Below, piece by piece: positions 9,272-17,310 of a stretch of DNA of 30,991 nucleotides; within the stretch, counting starts at the first letter, position 1; each line of letters begins with the position of its first letter. Origin of the DNA: a virus; the UHGV virus genome UHGV-0237462. One strand, given 5' to 3'. The notes beneath the pieces are model-generated. The model did no database searches and was not told the DNA's origin. It worked only from the letters and a program-made list of their open reading frames with translations. Both the position numbers and the translations under genes were made by a program.

Positions 9272-9455
9272 TCCAGTTACTTTGACTGAAGTAATCCCCG
9301 GCCTTCATGTTGTGACCGGGGCTATTGAATTACCGGAGGACAACTGGTTTTTTACTATGACAGAAATTCCTCAGGGCATGGAGCTAACAATTAATGAGAA
9401 AGGGGAACCAATATTGATTGAGGTTAATCAGTCTCAGGGAAAGCAGGCCAAATAA
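9258..9455 (+). CDS. Putative alternative tail-fibre assembly chaperone, apparently truncated (about 65 codons)
   Basis: GTG at 9258 preceded by GGAGG (9246-9250) with a 7-nt spacer; start overlaps the stop of the alternative fibre cassette; lacks the C-terminal TSTAPDIxWP-type motif present in the 201-aa chaperone; 3' end overlaps the 3' end of the convergent chaperone gene. Confidence 0.4.
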   Translation: MRLFNPVTLTEVIPGLHVVTGAIELPEDNWFFTMTEIPQGMELTINEKGEPILIEVNQSQGKQAK

Positions 9456-10029
9456 TATCAGGCGCGGTGCTGGTATCTGTTGCCGTCACCGCGTCAATGT
9501 AATCCAGCACGGCGTTAAGCCGGGTTGTTTCTGCCTGCATCAGCTTCCGTCCGGCCTGTAATTTCAGCTGAATCAGACTGATGGAAGCTATTGCAGCATC
9601 AATCAGTGACTGACGCTGTGCTTCTGCCGCGTCTACTGCGGCGCTATGCCGTGCCTCAGTATCGGTCACCCATTTCTCACCATCCCATTTATCGTATGGT
9701 GTTAACGGGGCGATAGTTGTGGTATTTTCAGGGTAATCACCCGGAGCTGTGATTTCTTTTGACTCTCCCGTTTTGGTGCTATAGACGATTTCACCGCGAT
9801 GGTCTGGCACATATTCCCATGAGTTAAAATTTGCAGAACGACAGATAGCATAACCCACCTTATATGTGCCAGGGGCATCTAAACAGGAATATGCAGGAAT
9901 ACCGACACCAATGGCAAGATATTCAGTTGAAGCTGAAATATATTCCTGCGTCTCACTATCATAGTTATAAACGGTAATATCCCCCGACTTTGTAGCAATA
10001 AGCTCACTATTTAATATTGCTTTATCCAT
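9424..10029 (-). CDS. G: Tail fibre assembly chaperone (P2 gpG / lambda Tfa family)
   Basis: 201 aa; C-terminal LDYIDAVTATDTSTAPDIIWPAFP is characteristic of Tfa proteins; start overlaps H stop. Confidence 0.85.
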   Translation of the reverse strand: MDKAILNSELIATKSGDITVYNYDSETQEYISASTEYLAIGVGIPAYSCLDAPGTYKVGYAICRSANFNSWEYVPDHRGEIVYSTKTGESKEITAPGDYPENTTTIAPLTPYDKWDGEKWVTDTEARHSAAVDAAEAQRQSLIDAAIASISLIQLKLQAGRKLMQAETTRLNAVLDYIDAVTATDTSTAPDIIWPAFPETD

Positions 10030-11573
10030 TATGCTGCTCTCACGATATAGTTAAATGCAATGTTTCGAGGGCGATTCTCTGATGCTGTTGGTACAACCCT
10101 GGATGCATCAAAACTGAATCCTGTGTAAGGGGTATTTTTTGTTTCATATGTGCCTAGGTTATTATAGATATTTCGCTTAGCTTGAGATGCTAAGGCAAAA
10201 GCACCAGTACCAGTCTGTAACCTGAAAGTTGCTGTATCAATGGTGCCTTTAACTTCATTTATAAATCCTGTTATATTCCGAATGGTATCTCCCTGTGACG
10301 AAAGCAAGCTACGGTTAGTATCAATCCCTCTTCCATCATCCCAGCCACGAATAAACTCACCGCGTAAATCAGGCAATTTATTTGTCGGGTAAACCTTTGC
10401 CAGTTCCGGGTATTCTTCAGCAGAAAAAGCCGCCCCGTTGCATTTCAGCCAGCCTGTTGGCGGAGTGGCGGAAGGCCACGGAACAGGCACGCCAACGGGT
10501 AATGCCGAACCTTCTCCCAAACCAAGGTATGTGAGAAGACCAGCTACATCCTTTCCACTCAAATTAGTCAGCGTATTGTCCAGCGGTTGTTTACCTGCCA
10601 GCGCATTAAGCATTGTCGTGGCAAAGTTCGGATCATTCCCCAGTGCCGCCGCCAGTTCGTTCAGTGTATCCAGTGCCGCAGGTGCAGAACCCACCATTCC
10701 TGCAATCGCCGATTTCACAAAAGCCGTAGTGGCAATCTGTGTATTATTGACCGACTGCGCCGCCGTAGGGGCTGTTGGCGTTCCGGTGAGTGCCGGACTC
10801 GACAGCGGCGCTTTCAGTGCCAGCGCATTGTTAATGGTGGTACTGAATTTCGGATCATTGTTAATGGCTACGGCTATTTCTTTCAGCGTGTCCAGCGTGG
10901 CTGGCGCACCATTAATAAGGGCCGTCAGTGCCGCCTGTACAAACGCAGTGGTCGCAACCTGCGTGGTATTATTCCCCGCCGCTGGCGTTGGCGCTTTGGG
11001 GGTTCCGGTAAATGTCGGGCTGGCTTTTGGCGCGTACTGTGAATGCGGGTCCGGTGCGGCAAGATGTTTTGCCATCTGATCATCCGCGTACACCTTCAGC
11101 TCCAGTGCCTTGTCATCCACATACTTGCGGGTTGCCAGCACTACAGCAGGGTCGATTTTCAGGGTGATATTGTCCGTGCTGCTGGTAATCAGCACCATGC
11201 GCACGGTCTGAGTGCGCCCGCTACCTTCAGCCAGTTGCGGCTTATAGCTTTCCGGGCAGTTGCCCACGGCAATCAATGCCCCGGACTCATCAAACAAGCC
11301 CACTTCACGTATCCACCAACCGCCCTCGTTTTCAGGGATCACCTGTTCGGCAATAATCTGGCTGCTGTTCTGCGGGTCGATATAAAGCATATTCAGCGCA
11401 GCCCGGCGTTTCTCATTTACCAGTGCCGTCTGCTTTGCGTCCGGCGTTGGCAATACTCCACCGCCATCGCCCACCGCCATATGGGTAATTTTTAGCGGCA
11501 CACCGAGCGCGGCGGCGCTGGCAAGTTTCGCCGCGCCAATATCCGTCAGCAGGGTATAAAATTTTGTGCTCAT
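10029..11573 (-). CDS. H: Tail fibre protein gpH (constant N-terminal 350 aa plus invertible C-terminal 164 aa)
   Basis: 514 aa; synteny I-H-G; contains the inner crossover site at codon 350. Confidence 0.9.
   Translation of the reverse strand: MSTKFYTLLTDIGAAKLASAAALGVPLKITHMAVGDGGGVLPTPDAKQTALVNEKRRAALNMLYIDPQNSSQIIAEQVIPENEGGWWIREVGLFDESGALIAVGNCPESYKPQLAEGSGRTQTVRMVLITSSTDNITLKIDPAVVLATRKYVDDKALELKVYADDQMAKHLAAPDPHSQYAPKASPTFTGTPKAPTPAAGNNTTQVATTAFVQAALTALINGAPATLDTLKEIAVAINNDPKFSTTINNALALKAPLSSPALTGTPTAPTAAQSVNNTQIATTAFVKSAIAGMVGSAPAALDTLNELAAALGNDPNFATTMLNALAGKQPLDNTLTNLSGKDVAGLLTYLGLGEGSALPVGVPVPWPSATPPTGWLKCNGAAFSAEEYPELAKVYPTNKLPDLRGEFIRGWDDGRGIDTNRSLLSSQGDTIRNITGFINEVKGTIDTATFRLQTGTGAFALASQAKRNIYNNLGTYETKNTPYTGFSFDASRVVPTASENRPRNIAFNYIVRAA
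10512..10537. repeat. Right 26-bp inversion crossover site, inside gene H
   Basis: TTCTCCCAAACC AA GGTATGTGAGAA; inverted orientation relative to the site at 8916..8941. Confidence 0.7.
10581..11021 (-). repeat. Tandem duplication of a ~73-aa module inside tail fibre H
   Basis: Protein residues ~185-257 and ~258-331 are clearly similar (PTAP..NNTTQVATTAFV..GAPA.LDTL.E.A.A..NDP.F.TT..NALA.K.PL). Confidence 0.5.
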
Positions 11574-12175
11574 GGATTCACTCTCATTGTGTCAATAACA
11601 TGGACCGCCCCGCCTTCATGCGCGGTGCCACCGGAAATAATCGTTTCGTTGATATACGGATAGATCGTGATTTCTTCGCCAAGATAGCTGGCGGCTCCCA
11701 CCCAATGCGGGCCGCTGGTCTGCAGATTGATGGACATGCCGATCATGTGGCGGCTACATGGTTTGGCATCGCTTATCAGTCGCTCAAGTTCCAGATAGGT
11801 ATCTTCAGTGATGCCCTGGTCCTGCACGCCGATATCCAGGCGAAACGTGCCCGGTGTTTCTCCGGTCTGCCACCACTCAATAATGCGGATCAGGAATCCG
11901 AACGGCTCCACCACCCGCCGCACGGCACTGGTGGTCCCTTTATGCTGATGAATATAAAAAGCATCCTTCACCACCTGGCGCTTGACGCTTTCTGTCCAGC
12001 CCTCGTCCCAGCGATCCACAGAGAACGCCCAGGCGAGATAAGGCAGGAAACTGACCGGACAGGTTGCCGGATTCCACAAGTCACGAAGCGGCACCTGCAG
12101 ATCAGAAATCCCGCTGCAGGTTTGCGCCAGTCGGCGCTCCAGTGGTGTTGAACCCGGTGGCAGCAGACTATTCAT
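11570..12175 (-). CDS. I: Baseplate assembly protein gpI
   Basis: 201 aa; synteny J-I-H. Confidence 0.9.
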   Translation of the reverse strand: MNSLLPPGSTPLERRLAQTCSGISDLQVPLRDLWNPATCPVSFLPYLAWAFSVDRWDEGWTESVKRQVVKDAFYIHQHKGTTSAVRRVVEPFGFLIRIIEWWQTGETPGTFRLDIGVQDQGITEDTYLELERLISDAKPCSRHMIGMSINLQTSGPHWVGAASYLGEEITIYPYINETIISGGTAHEGGAVHVIDTMRVNP

Positions 12176-13076
12176 CCGTTCCTCCGTTGGTTACGCTCCA
12201 CTGCGTACATGATGCCGCCTGTGTTTTGTTCAGGACCACATCCGCCAGAGGAGAAGCCAGCTCCACACGCTGCACCCCCTCAACATGCAGGGCGGCAAAG
12301 ATGGCGCTACGGCGAATATCCCGACCAAGACGCGTCTGACTGGCGATGTACTTCTGCAGGCTGGCTTTTGCCGCTGCCATTACCGGCTCTGCTTCCGGTC
12401 CAGGATAGAGAAAAATGGTGGCTTCCACGCGATACGGGATGATTTCTGCGCTGCGAACCGTAAGACGGTCAGCCACCGGGCGGACGTTCTCACTGTTCAG
12501 AGCTTTTTCCACCACGTCCAGCAGGTCTTTTTCTGCAGTTCCATCGCCTTCGCGGCTAAGGACAGTCAGCACCACCTCTGCAGGTGCCGGGCTGGTTGCA
12601 CTGGCATCCGCCACCCGACCGTCGGCGCTTCGGGCATGAAATTCATAAGCTGCAGTTGGCCCCGCAACAGAAAGCCCTTCAAAGGCTGCAGGCACACGCA
12701 GGCGCAACGCTTCATCGCTTTCCATCACAGCTGCAACGGGCGGCACAGCATCATTATCAGCAGGCGTCACCGTCAGGCGTGTCACGTTGTAGTTGGCAGC
12801 GAGCTGGTCAAGATCGCCGCCCATCGCGTAAGCCACCATCACCGCCTGCGCGGCTTCGTTAATGCGCTGGCGCAGAAGCAACTCACGGTAAGCGTTCTCC
12901 TGCAACAATTTAGTGGCGGGTTCAGATTCCAGTTCCAGCGTGCGGATCACTGCTTCCTGCTCATCTTTCGGATGAAGCGCCACAAATTCTGCCTTGCGTT
13001 CGGCAAGCAGCGTCTCAAAGTCCGGCACATCCACAATCTGCGGTGCAGGCAACTGCGAAAGGTCAATCACTGCCAT
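12168..13076 (-). CDS. J: Baseplate protein gpJ
   Basis: ATG at 13076 chosen rather than the upstream GTG of the ORF track; synteny W-J-I. Confidence 0.85.
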   Translation of the reverse strand: MAVIDLSQLPAPQIVDVPDFETLLAERKAEFVALHPKDEQEAVIRTLELESEPATKLLQENAYRELLLRQRINEAAQAVMVAYAMGGDLDQLAANYNVTRLTVTPADNDAVPPVAAVMESDEALRLRVPAAFEGLSVAGPTAAYEFHARSADGRVADASATSPAPAEVVLTVLSREGDGTAEKDLLDVVEKALNSENVRPVADRLTVRSAEIIPYRVEATIFLYPGPEAEPVMAAAKASLQKYIASQTRLGRDIRRSAIFAALHVEGVQRVELASPLADVVLNKTQAASCTQWSVTNGGTDE

Positions 13077-13422
13077 TCTCTGCTCCTGTTGATACGGAAA
13101 GGGACACAGGCACACCGTTATTCCGCCGCCCGGTCAGCTCCACCACCATTGAACCGTCAAAATTGCTGTTGATGGTGATGGAATCCAGCGTCAACCGTGG
13201 CTCCCAGCGACTCAGCGCCACATACACTGCCGACATGACCTGCAGGCGTAATGCCGGATTTTGTGGCTGATCTATCAGTGCCGACAGCAGGGAACCATAT
13301 TCCCGGCGGGCAATACGGCTACCCTGCGGTGTCAGCAGAATGTCCCGCACCGACTGGCGCAGATGATCAATATCAGTAATGACTTTGCCGCTGGTATTGT
13401 TCATCCCGCTATAAAGCGTCAT
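13063..13422 (-). CDS. W: Baseplate protein gpW
   Basis: 119 aa; synteny V-W-J. Confidence 0.85.
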   Translation of the reverse strand: MTLYSGMNNTSGKVITDIDHLRQSVRDILLTPQGSRIARREYGSLLSALIDQPQNPALRLQVMSAVYVALSRWEPRLTLDSITINSNFDGSMVVELTGRRNNGVPVSLSVSTGAENGSD

Positions 13423-13997
13423 ACCGGGCCTCCGGTTGTATCGCCGCCTTTCAGGACGCCAGTATGCTGATGCGCATCAACCACGATCCCGTTAGAACTC
13501 ATCGCTCCGCCGCCCTGGGTAACGCCACCATTGATCACCACTTCGCTGTTAATGCGCGTGCGGTCAGCCTCCAGTACAAACTCACTGGTTTTCATGGTGA
13601 TGTTGTCAGCAGCCTCAATGACCATTGATTTGATGCCCCTGACATACCAGCGCCCGGTGGCGGGTTCGTATTCAAACCAGCCACCGTCAGGATGTTCTGT
13701 CACGCAGGCGTCCGCCGACGTCGACGGTGGTGCGAACTGATTCGAATAGACAGCGGGCAGCGCAAAGGCGGTTTCCAGATTGCCGCCCAGACTCAGCAGC
13801 ACCACCTGCTCACCTTCCGATGGTCGCCACCATGTACGGGCATTCCCGGCACGCAGCGTCAGCCAGCTGATCCAGTTGGTTTCAAGCTCGCCCGTTTTCA
13901 CCCGGCAAAGCCAGTTTTCCCTGTCCACTTCGGTGACTACCCCTGTGCGGATCAGGTTGGTGATAAGGCGCATGATTTCGGTTAATTGTGCGTTCAT
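13419..13997 (-). CDS. V: Baseplate spike/hub protein gpV
   Basis: 192 aa; N-terminus aligns with P2 gpV as I recall it. Confidence 0.9.
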   Translation of the reverse strand: MNAQLTEIMRLITNLIRTGVVTEVDRENWLCRVKTGELETNWISWLTLRAGNARTWWRPSEGEQVVLLSLGGNLETAFALPAVYSNQFAPPSTSADACVTEHPDGGWFEYEPATGRWYVRGIKSMVIEAADNITMKTSEFVLEADRTRINSEVVINGGVTQGGGAMSSNGIVVDAHQHTGVLKGGDTTGGPV

Positions 13998-14042
13998 AGG
14001 GAAAGGTTGCCATCAGGGGAAGAAAGGCGGCAGTGCTGCAAC

Positions 14043-14062
14043 TTGTATCAGTGCTGATACAA
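14043..14062. promoter_or_regulatory. Perfect 9-bp inverted repeat carrying TGT-N12-ACA; candidate Ogr-dependent late promoter element for the V operon
   Basis: TTGTATCAG tg CTGATACAA; centre 55.5 bp upstream of the V ATG, the same spacing as the dyad upstream of P; sits between the S stop and the V start. Confidence 0.45.
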
Positions 14063-14065
14063 AGA

Positions 14066-14512
14066 TCACCCCGCCAGCCATTGCAGAATCATGTCGCGGG
14101 TCATTGCCTCAACATCATCATTTACACCCAGAAGGCGACGCTCTGCGTAACGCACCTCCGGTCCCTTACGACTGACGCGATCTCGCAGGCCGTAATGGTG
14201 AACGCGGGCAATGCGCTGCACCTTGCCTTCAAACTGCACGCTGGCAGAGTCGGCGCTGGCGGCAGTTTTCAGGTATTTTGTGGTGCGCAGCTTTGTAAAC
14301 ATCTGACGTTTGATGCGCCCCTTTTTGCTGCGTGCTGTTACTCTGCGCGGCTCATAACTGCTGCCATCTGGATTGCGCTGCATCCTGATGTTCTGTTGCT
14401 GTGTCCGGCGCAGTTCCTGCGCCAGCTGACGCATCATGCGGCTTCTTGCGACTGGCTCCAGATTCGCCAGCAAGGCACTCAGCCAGTCGTCTACTTTCTG
14501 CAGTTCAGCCAC
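14066..14512 (-). CDS. S: Tail completion protein gpS
   Basis: 148 aa; synteny R-S-V; GTG start. Confidence 0.85.
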   Translation of the reverse strand: MAELQKVDDWLSALLANLEPVARSRMMRQLAQELRRTQQQNIRMQRNPDGSSYEPRRVTARSKKGRIKRQMFTKLRTTKYLKTAASADSASVQFEGKVQRIARVHHYGLRDRVSRKGPEVRYAERRLLGVNDDVEAMTRDMILQWLAG

Positions 14513-14936
14513 GTTTCACCGTCCACATTTCTTCAGGTTCATCGGGTTCCGTTATCGCTTCAACGCTCGACACACTTCCGTCAGTGCTGACCAGCACACG
14601 CTCCGTCAGCTGCAGGTTCAGGCTGATATCACAGACATCGTTGCGCAGAATATCCACTTCAAAGGTGAATAGCTTTTCCCGTAACGTCGGGTTATTGATG
14701 GCATCAGACTGGTTATCCCGCAGCCACAGCAAAACCGGGGCCATCAGCAGATTCTGGTCGCCGCTGAAATCTTCAATCACCACGTTAAGGGTGTAGCGGT
14801 ACTCCCATGACATGGAGCTGGCCCCGGTGGCAACCAGCGAACCGTTATCCACAAACAGATGCAGTTTGTCCGGGTTATTACGGACATAAGGCACTGCTTT
14901 ATTGAGGGCGTGGCGCAGGGATTGTGGTTTGTTCAC
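14505..14936 (-). CDS. R: Tail completion protein gpR
   Basis: Start moved to the GTG at 14936 (GAGGAG 7 nt upstream); the ORF-track start is TTG; N-terminus then resembles P2 gpR. Confidence 0.8.
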   Translation of the reverse strand: MNKPQSLRHALNKAVPYVRNNPDKLHLFVDNGSLVATGASSMSWEYRYTLNVVIEDFSGDQNLLMAPVLLWLRDNQSDAINNPTLREKLFTFEVDILRNDVCDISLNLQLTERVLVSTDGSVSSVEAITEPDEPEEMWTVKRG

Positions 14937-15189
14937 TGTTTCGCTCCTGACACGCAATAATCATGTCCACTTTGTCTGCACAGACCGCCCAGGCGGCCTC
15001 CGTTTCATCCAGCAATGCGTTCAGATCACCGTTATTGTGTGGCGCTGCCTGATCCAGCTGACACGGCGTCACTCGCGGACAACCACTGACGGTAAGCTGC
15101 ACCTCCGGTGAGTGCCGGACGTTCCCGCAGCCGGATAATGTCAGCAGGCAAAGGAGTATCAGCCCAGCGGCGTAAATCCTCGTTCTCAC
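14899..15189 (-). CDS. lysC: LysC, Rz1-like outer-membrane lipoprotein (o-spanin)
   Basis: Signal peptide with lipobox LTLSGC; overlaps the 3' end of lysB in another frame, as for P2 lysB/lysC; GTG start. Confidence 0.75.
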   Translation of the reverse strand: MRTRIYAAGLILLCLLTLSGCGNVRHSPEVQLTVSGCPRVTPCQLDQAAPHNNGDLNALLDETEAAWAVCADKVDMIIACQERNSEQTTIPAPRPQ

Positions 15190-15460
15190 GTTTCAGTTCC
15201 TCAATCCGGCGTTGTCGTTGTCTCAGCAGTGCACTGGTCTGTTCTGCTTCGGCATAGAGCCGCGCCTGCTCCCGGTTGTTAGTTTCAGTCAGAATGGACA
15301 GGCTGATAAGCTGGTTGTTGCTCTTTGCCAGCGCCTGGCTTTTGCTCTGCAGCTCGTCTGCCTGCGTGCTGATGGTCTGGCTGGCATCAGCCAGCCGCCA
15401 CGTCTGCCAGCCCAGCGCCGTCAGTAATAACGCCAGCACACCCAGCAGCAACCGGTTCAT
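15032..15460 (-). CDS. lysB: LysB, Rz-like inner-membrane spanin
   Basis: N-terminal TM helix followed by a coiled-coil region; position after lysA. Confidence 0.8.
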   Translation of the reverse strand: MNRLLLGVLALLLTALGWQTWRLADASQTISTQADELQSKSQALAKSNNQLISLSILTETNNREQARLYAEAEQTSALLRQRQRRIEELKRENEDLRRWADTPLPADIIRLRERPALTGGAAYRQWLSASDAVSAGSGSATQ

Positions 15461-15834
15461 GCTGCTACCTGTTGCGCCATCTGATTACGGGTGATCCAGA
15501 AGGCAATAACGGTCAGTAGATAAAAGACCAGGGTAATAGCCCACTCCGTCCAGGCGAGACTTACGACAATCAGCAATCGCATCACCCAGCTGATAAATAC
15601 GTTTTCTTTTCGGGTAATTGTCTTCAGCAAAGATGCCCTCAACTCCTGCCAGAGCGGGCCATTCTTAATTAACGCAGCCAGTGCTACCGGAATTACCGCC
15701 CATGTCAGCAAACAGGCTACCCAAACGCCGGACGCTGCCAGTACCGGAAAAATCCCCTGCGGATACACCATTGCGGCGATTAACAGCGCCATCCATAACA
15801 TCAGAAACAGCCCGCTGATTAATTTCTTTTTCAT
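15457..15834 (-). CDS. lysA: LysA-like polytopic membrane protein (lysis timing)
   Basis: Start set to MKKKLISGLF (ATG at 15834, directly after the K stop); several hydrophobic helices. Confidence 0.65.
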   Translation of the reverse strand: MKKKLISGLFLMLWMALLIAAMVYPQGIFPVLAASGVWVACLLTWAVIPVALAALIKNGPLWQELRASLLKTITRKENVFISWVMRLLIVVSLAWTEWAITLVFYLLTVIAFWITRNQMAQQVAA

Positions 15835-15835
15835 T

Positions 15836-16348
15836 TCAGTTTGCTCCCTGTAAACACCAGGCCATCTCCCGCGCACGGCGGTTATCCAGCCCCTGATTAA
15901 ACACACCTTTTACATAAACCCAGCGCGGCAACTGTCGGCACGCATCCGCCCAGCGCCGCTGATTGAGTAATTTCACCAGCGTGGAACTGCAGGCATTGCC
16001 CGTTCCCACGTTGAAGGCAAACGACACCGCAGCGTCATATACCTTCTGCGGCGGCTGTTGTTTCACACACCTTTCCAGCGCCCGCTCCACACGCAGCACG
16101 TTGGAAATCAGTCCTTCTGCTGCCTGTCGTTCCGTAATGGTTTTGCCGGGAATGACGCCTGACGTGTTACCAATGCCGTCGGTCCAGACGCCCGCGCTGC
16201 ACTGATACGGCTGCAGACGACAGCCTTCGTAATCGGCAATCAGTTTCAGCCCCTCCACGGAGGTGTGAAGCTGCTGAAACCCCGGCAGCGTGGCAGCAAT
16301 AGCCAGCACGGCCCCGACAAGGCAGCGTTTAACGATTGATGGATTCAT
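15836..16348 (-). CDS. K: Endolysin, lysozyme type with N-terminal signal-anchor-release (SAR) segment
   Basis: 170 aa; N-terminal hydrophobic Gly/Ala-rich segment; C-terminal region resembles P21 R-type lysozymes (FNVGTGN..SSTL..LN...W..AC.QL.RW). Confidence 0.85.
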   Translation of the reverse strand: MNPSIVKRCLVGAVLAIAATLPGFQQLHTSVEGLKLIADYEGCRLQPYQCSAGVWTDGIGNTSGVIPGKTITERQAAEGLISNVLRVERALERCVKQQPPQKVYDAAVSFAFNVGTGNACSSTLVKLLNQRRWADACRQLPRWVYVKGVFNQGLDNRRAREMAWCLQGAN

Positions 16349-16544
16349 AGTCCTCCCGCGAGATCTGCCCGTCGCGCAGAAGCTGGTAGGCTTTGTGCTT
16401 GTAGTACCAGTTGATAGCCAGCATCAGCACACCAATCATCAGGCCGCCCAGCGTTGAGGCATCCTTGATGGACAAATCGCCCAGCCAGGCCAGCACAACG
16501 GCGATGCAGTACGTGATAAAGGCGCTGATTCGCTCAAGCGTCAT
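16329..16544 (-). CDS. Y: Holin (two TM helices, 71 aa; pinholin-like size)
   Basis: Two hydrophobic helices and a charged C-terminus; immediately upstream of and overlapping the endolysin. Confidence 0.8.
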   Translation of the reverse strand: MTLERISAFITYCIAVVLAWLGDLSIKDASTLGGLMIGVLMLAINWYYKHKAYQLLRDGQISREDYESINR

Positions 16545-16547
16545 AAT

Positions 16548-16751
16548 TCAGTCCCATAGCTGGACGGTCTGCACGGTGGTGGTGGTCGGAATGTCCGGCA
16601 GCTCCACCTGCAGCCCGTGAGGTAAAAAGGGGCCATATTCGGCAAGCCCCGGATTTGCCTTCAGTACCTGCTCCGTGACACCCTGCGTGCGCCCGTAATG
16701 ACGCCAGCAAAGCGCGTCCACCGTGTCATACTGATGCGCACGCACTTTCAT
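16548..16751 (-). CDS. X: Tail protein gpX
   Basis: 67 aa; synteny L-X-Y. Confidence 0.8.
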   Translation of the reverse strand: MKVRAHQYDTVDALCWRHYGRTQGVTEQVLKANPGLAEYGPFLPHGLQVELPDIPTTTTVQTVQLWD

Positions 16752-17215
16752 CAGATAAGCTCCACTGTGCAGTGCGGCGCATCCTGCACCCGACTGATGG
16801 CCCAGCGGGCGTCACGCCACAAATCACCGCTGGATTCCGCCAGTTCCTCGCCTCGCTTCACACCGGATGCCGTGGCGTCATAGTCCTGGTATCGTTCGTT
16901 GAGCATGGCGCGTGCCCAGCAGTAAACCGCGTTGAAATAGTGCTGAATGCGCTCACTTTTGCCGTCCAGCTGTTCCGCCGGAACCTCAGCCAGCGACACA
17001 TACCCCAGCATCTGCTGACGTCTGCGAAACTCATACAGCTCTGCGTTGACCTCCGAAATTGCCGACAGCGCAACCTGCTTTAAACGCGGCTGCGTCACCG
17101 TGCCGTCAGTGCGCATGACACTGCGAAACTCCGACAGGTCCACATCAGGCCAGAACGGCGTATTTCTGATGATTTCCGCCTGTTCCGGTGCCTGTTCTGG
17201 CGCAACAAACTTCAT
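16751..17215 (-). CDS. L: Capsid completion protein gpL
   Basis: ATG at 17215 with GGAGA 7 nt upstream is preferred over the upstream GTG of the ORF track. Confidence 0.8.
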   Translation of the reverse strand: MKFVAPEQAPEQAEIIRNTPFWPDVDLSEFRSVMRTDGTVTQPRLKQVALSAISEVNAELYEFRRRQQMLGYVSLAEVPAEQLDGKSERIQHYFNAVYCWARAMLNERYQDYDATASGVKRGEELAESSGDLWRDARWAISRVQDAPHCTVELI

Positions 17216-17310
17216 GCTGCTTTCTCCTGAAATAGAGGGCGGTGGACGGGGTTTTGATGTGGCAGTGCCTTTCGCCACCCCGTGCCGCCCGTGCGCGGGG
17301 GCACGTTCTG

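Larger units (their letters stand above)
8930..10525. other. Invertible tail-fibre segment (G-segment/P-segment-like host-range switch), about 1.6 kb
   Basis: Bounded by the two inverted 26-bp sites; adjacent invertase gene; contains the current fibre C-terminus plus chaperone on the minus strand and an alternative fibre C-terminus plus short chaperone on the plus strand. Confidence 0.65.

Noticed and set aside
10438-11079. 213-aa and 151-aa plus-strand ORFs inside tail fibre gene H
   Set aside because: Antisense to H within its tandem-repeat region; Cys/Arg-rich nonsense translation with no start context
13077-13115. GTG-initiated N-terminal extension of J
   Set aside because: The ATG at 13076 gives an N-terminus that matches gpJ homologues (MAVIDLSQLP); the extension overlaps W
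12285-13172. 295-aa plus-strand ORF overlapping J and W
   Set aside because: Antisense to two conserved baseplate genes; His/Arg/Cys-rich composition with no RBS
14043-14062. The S-V palindrome considered as an intrinsic terminator for S
   Set aside because: No T-run follows the hairpin on the minus strand, and the late operon is expected to read through from S into V; the activator-site interpretation fits better
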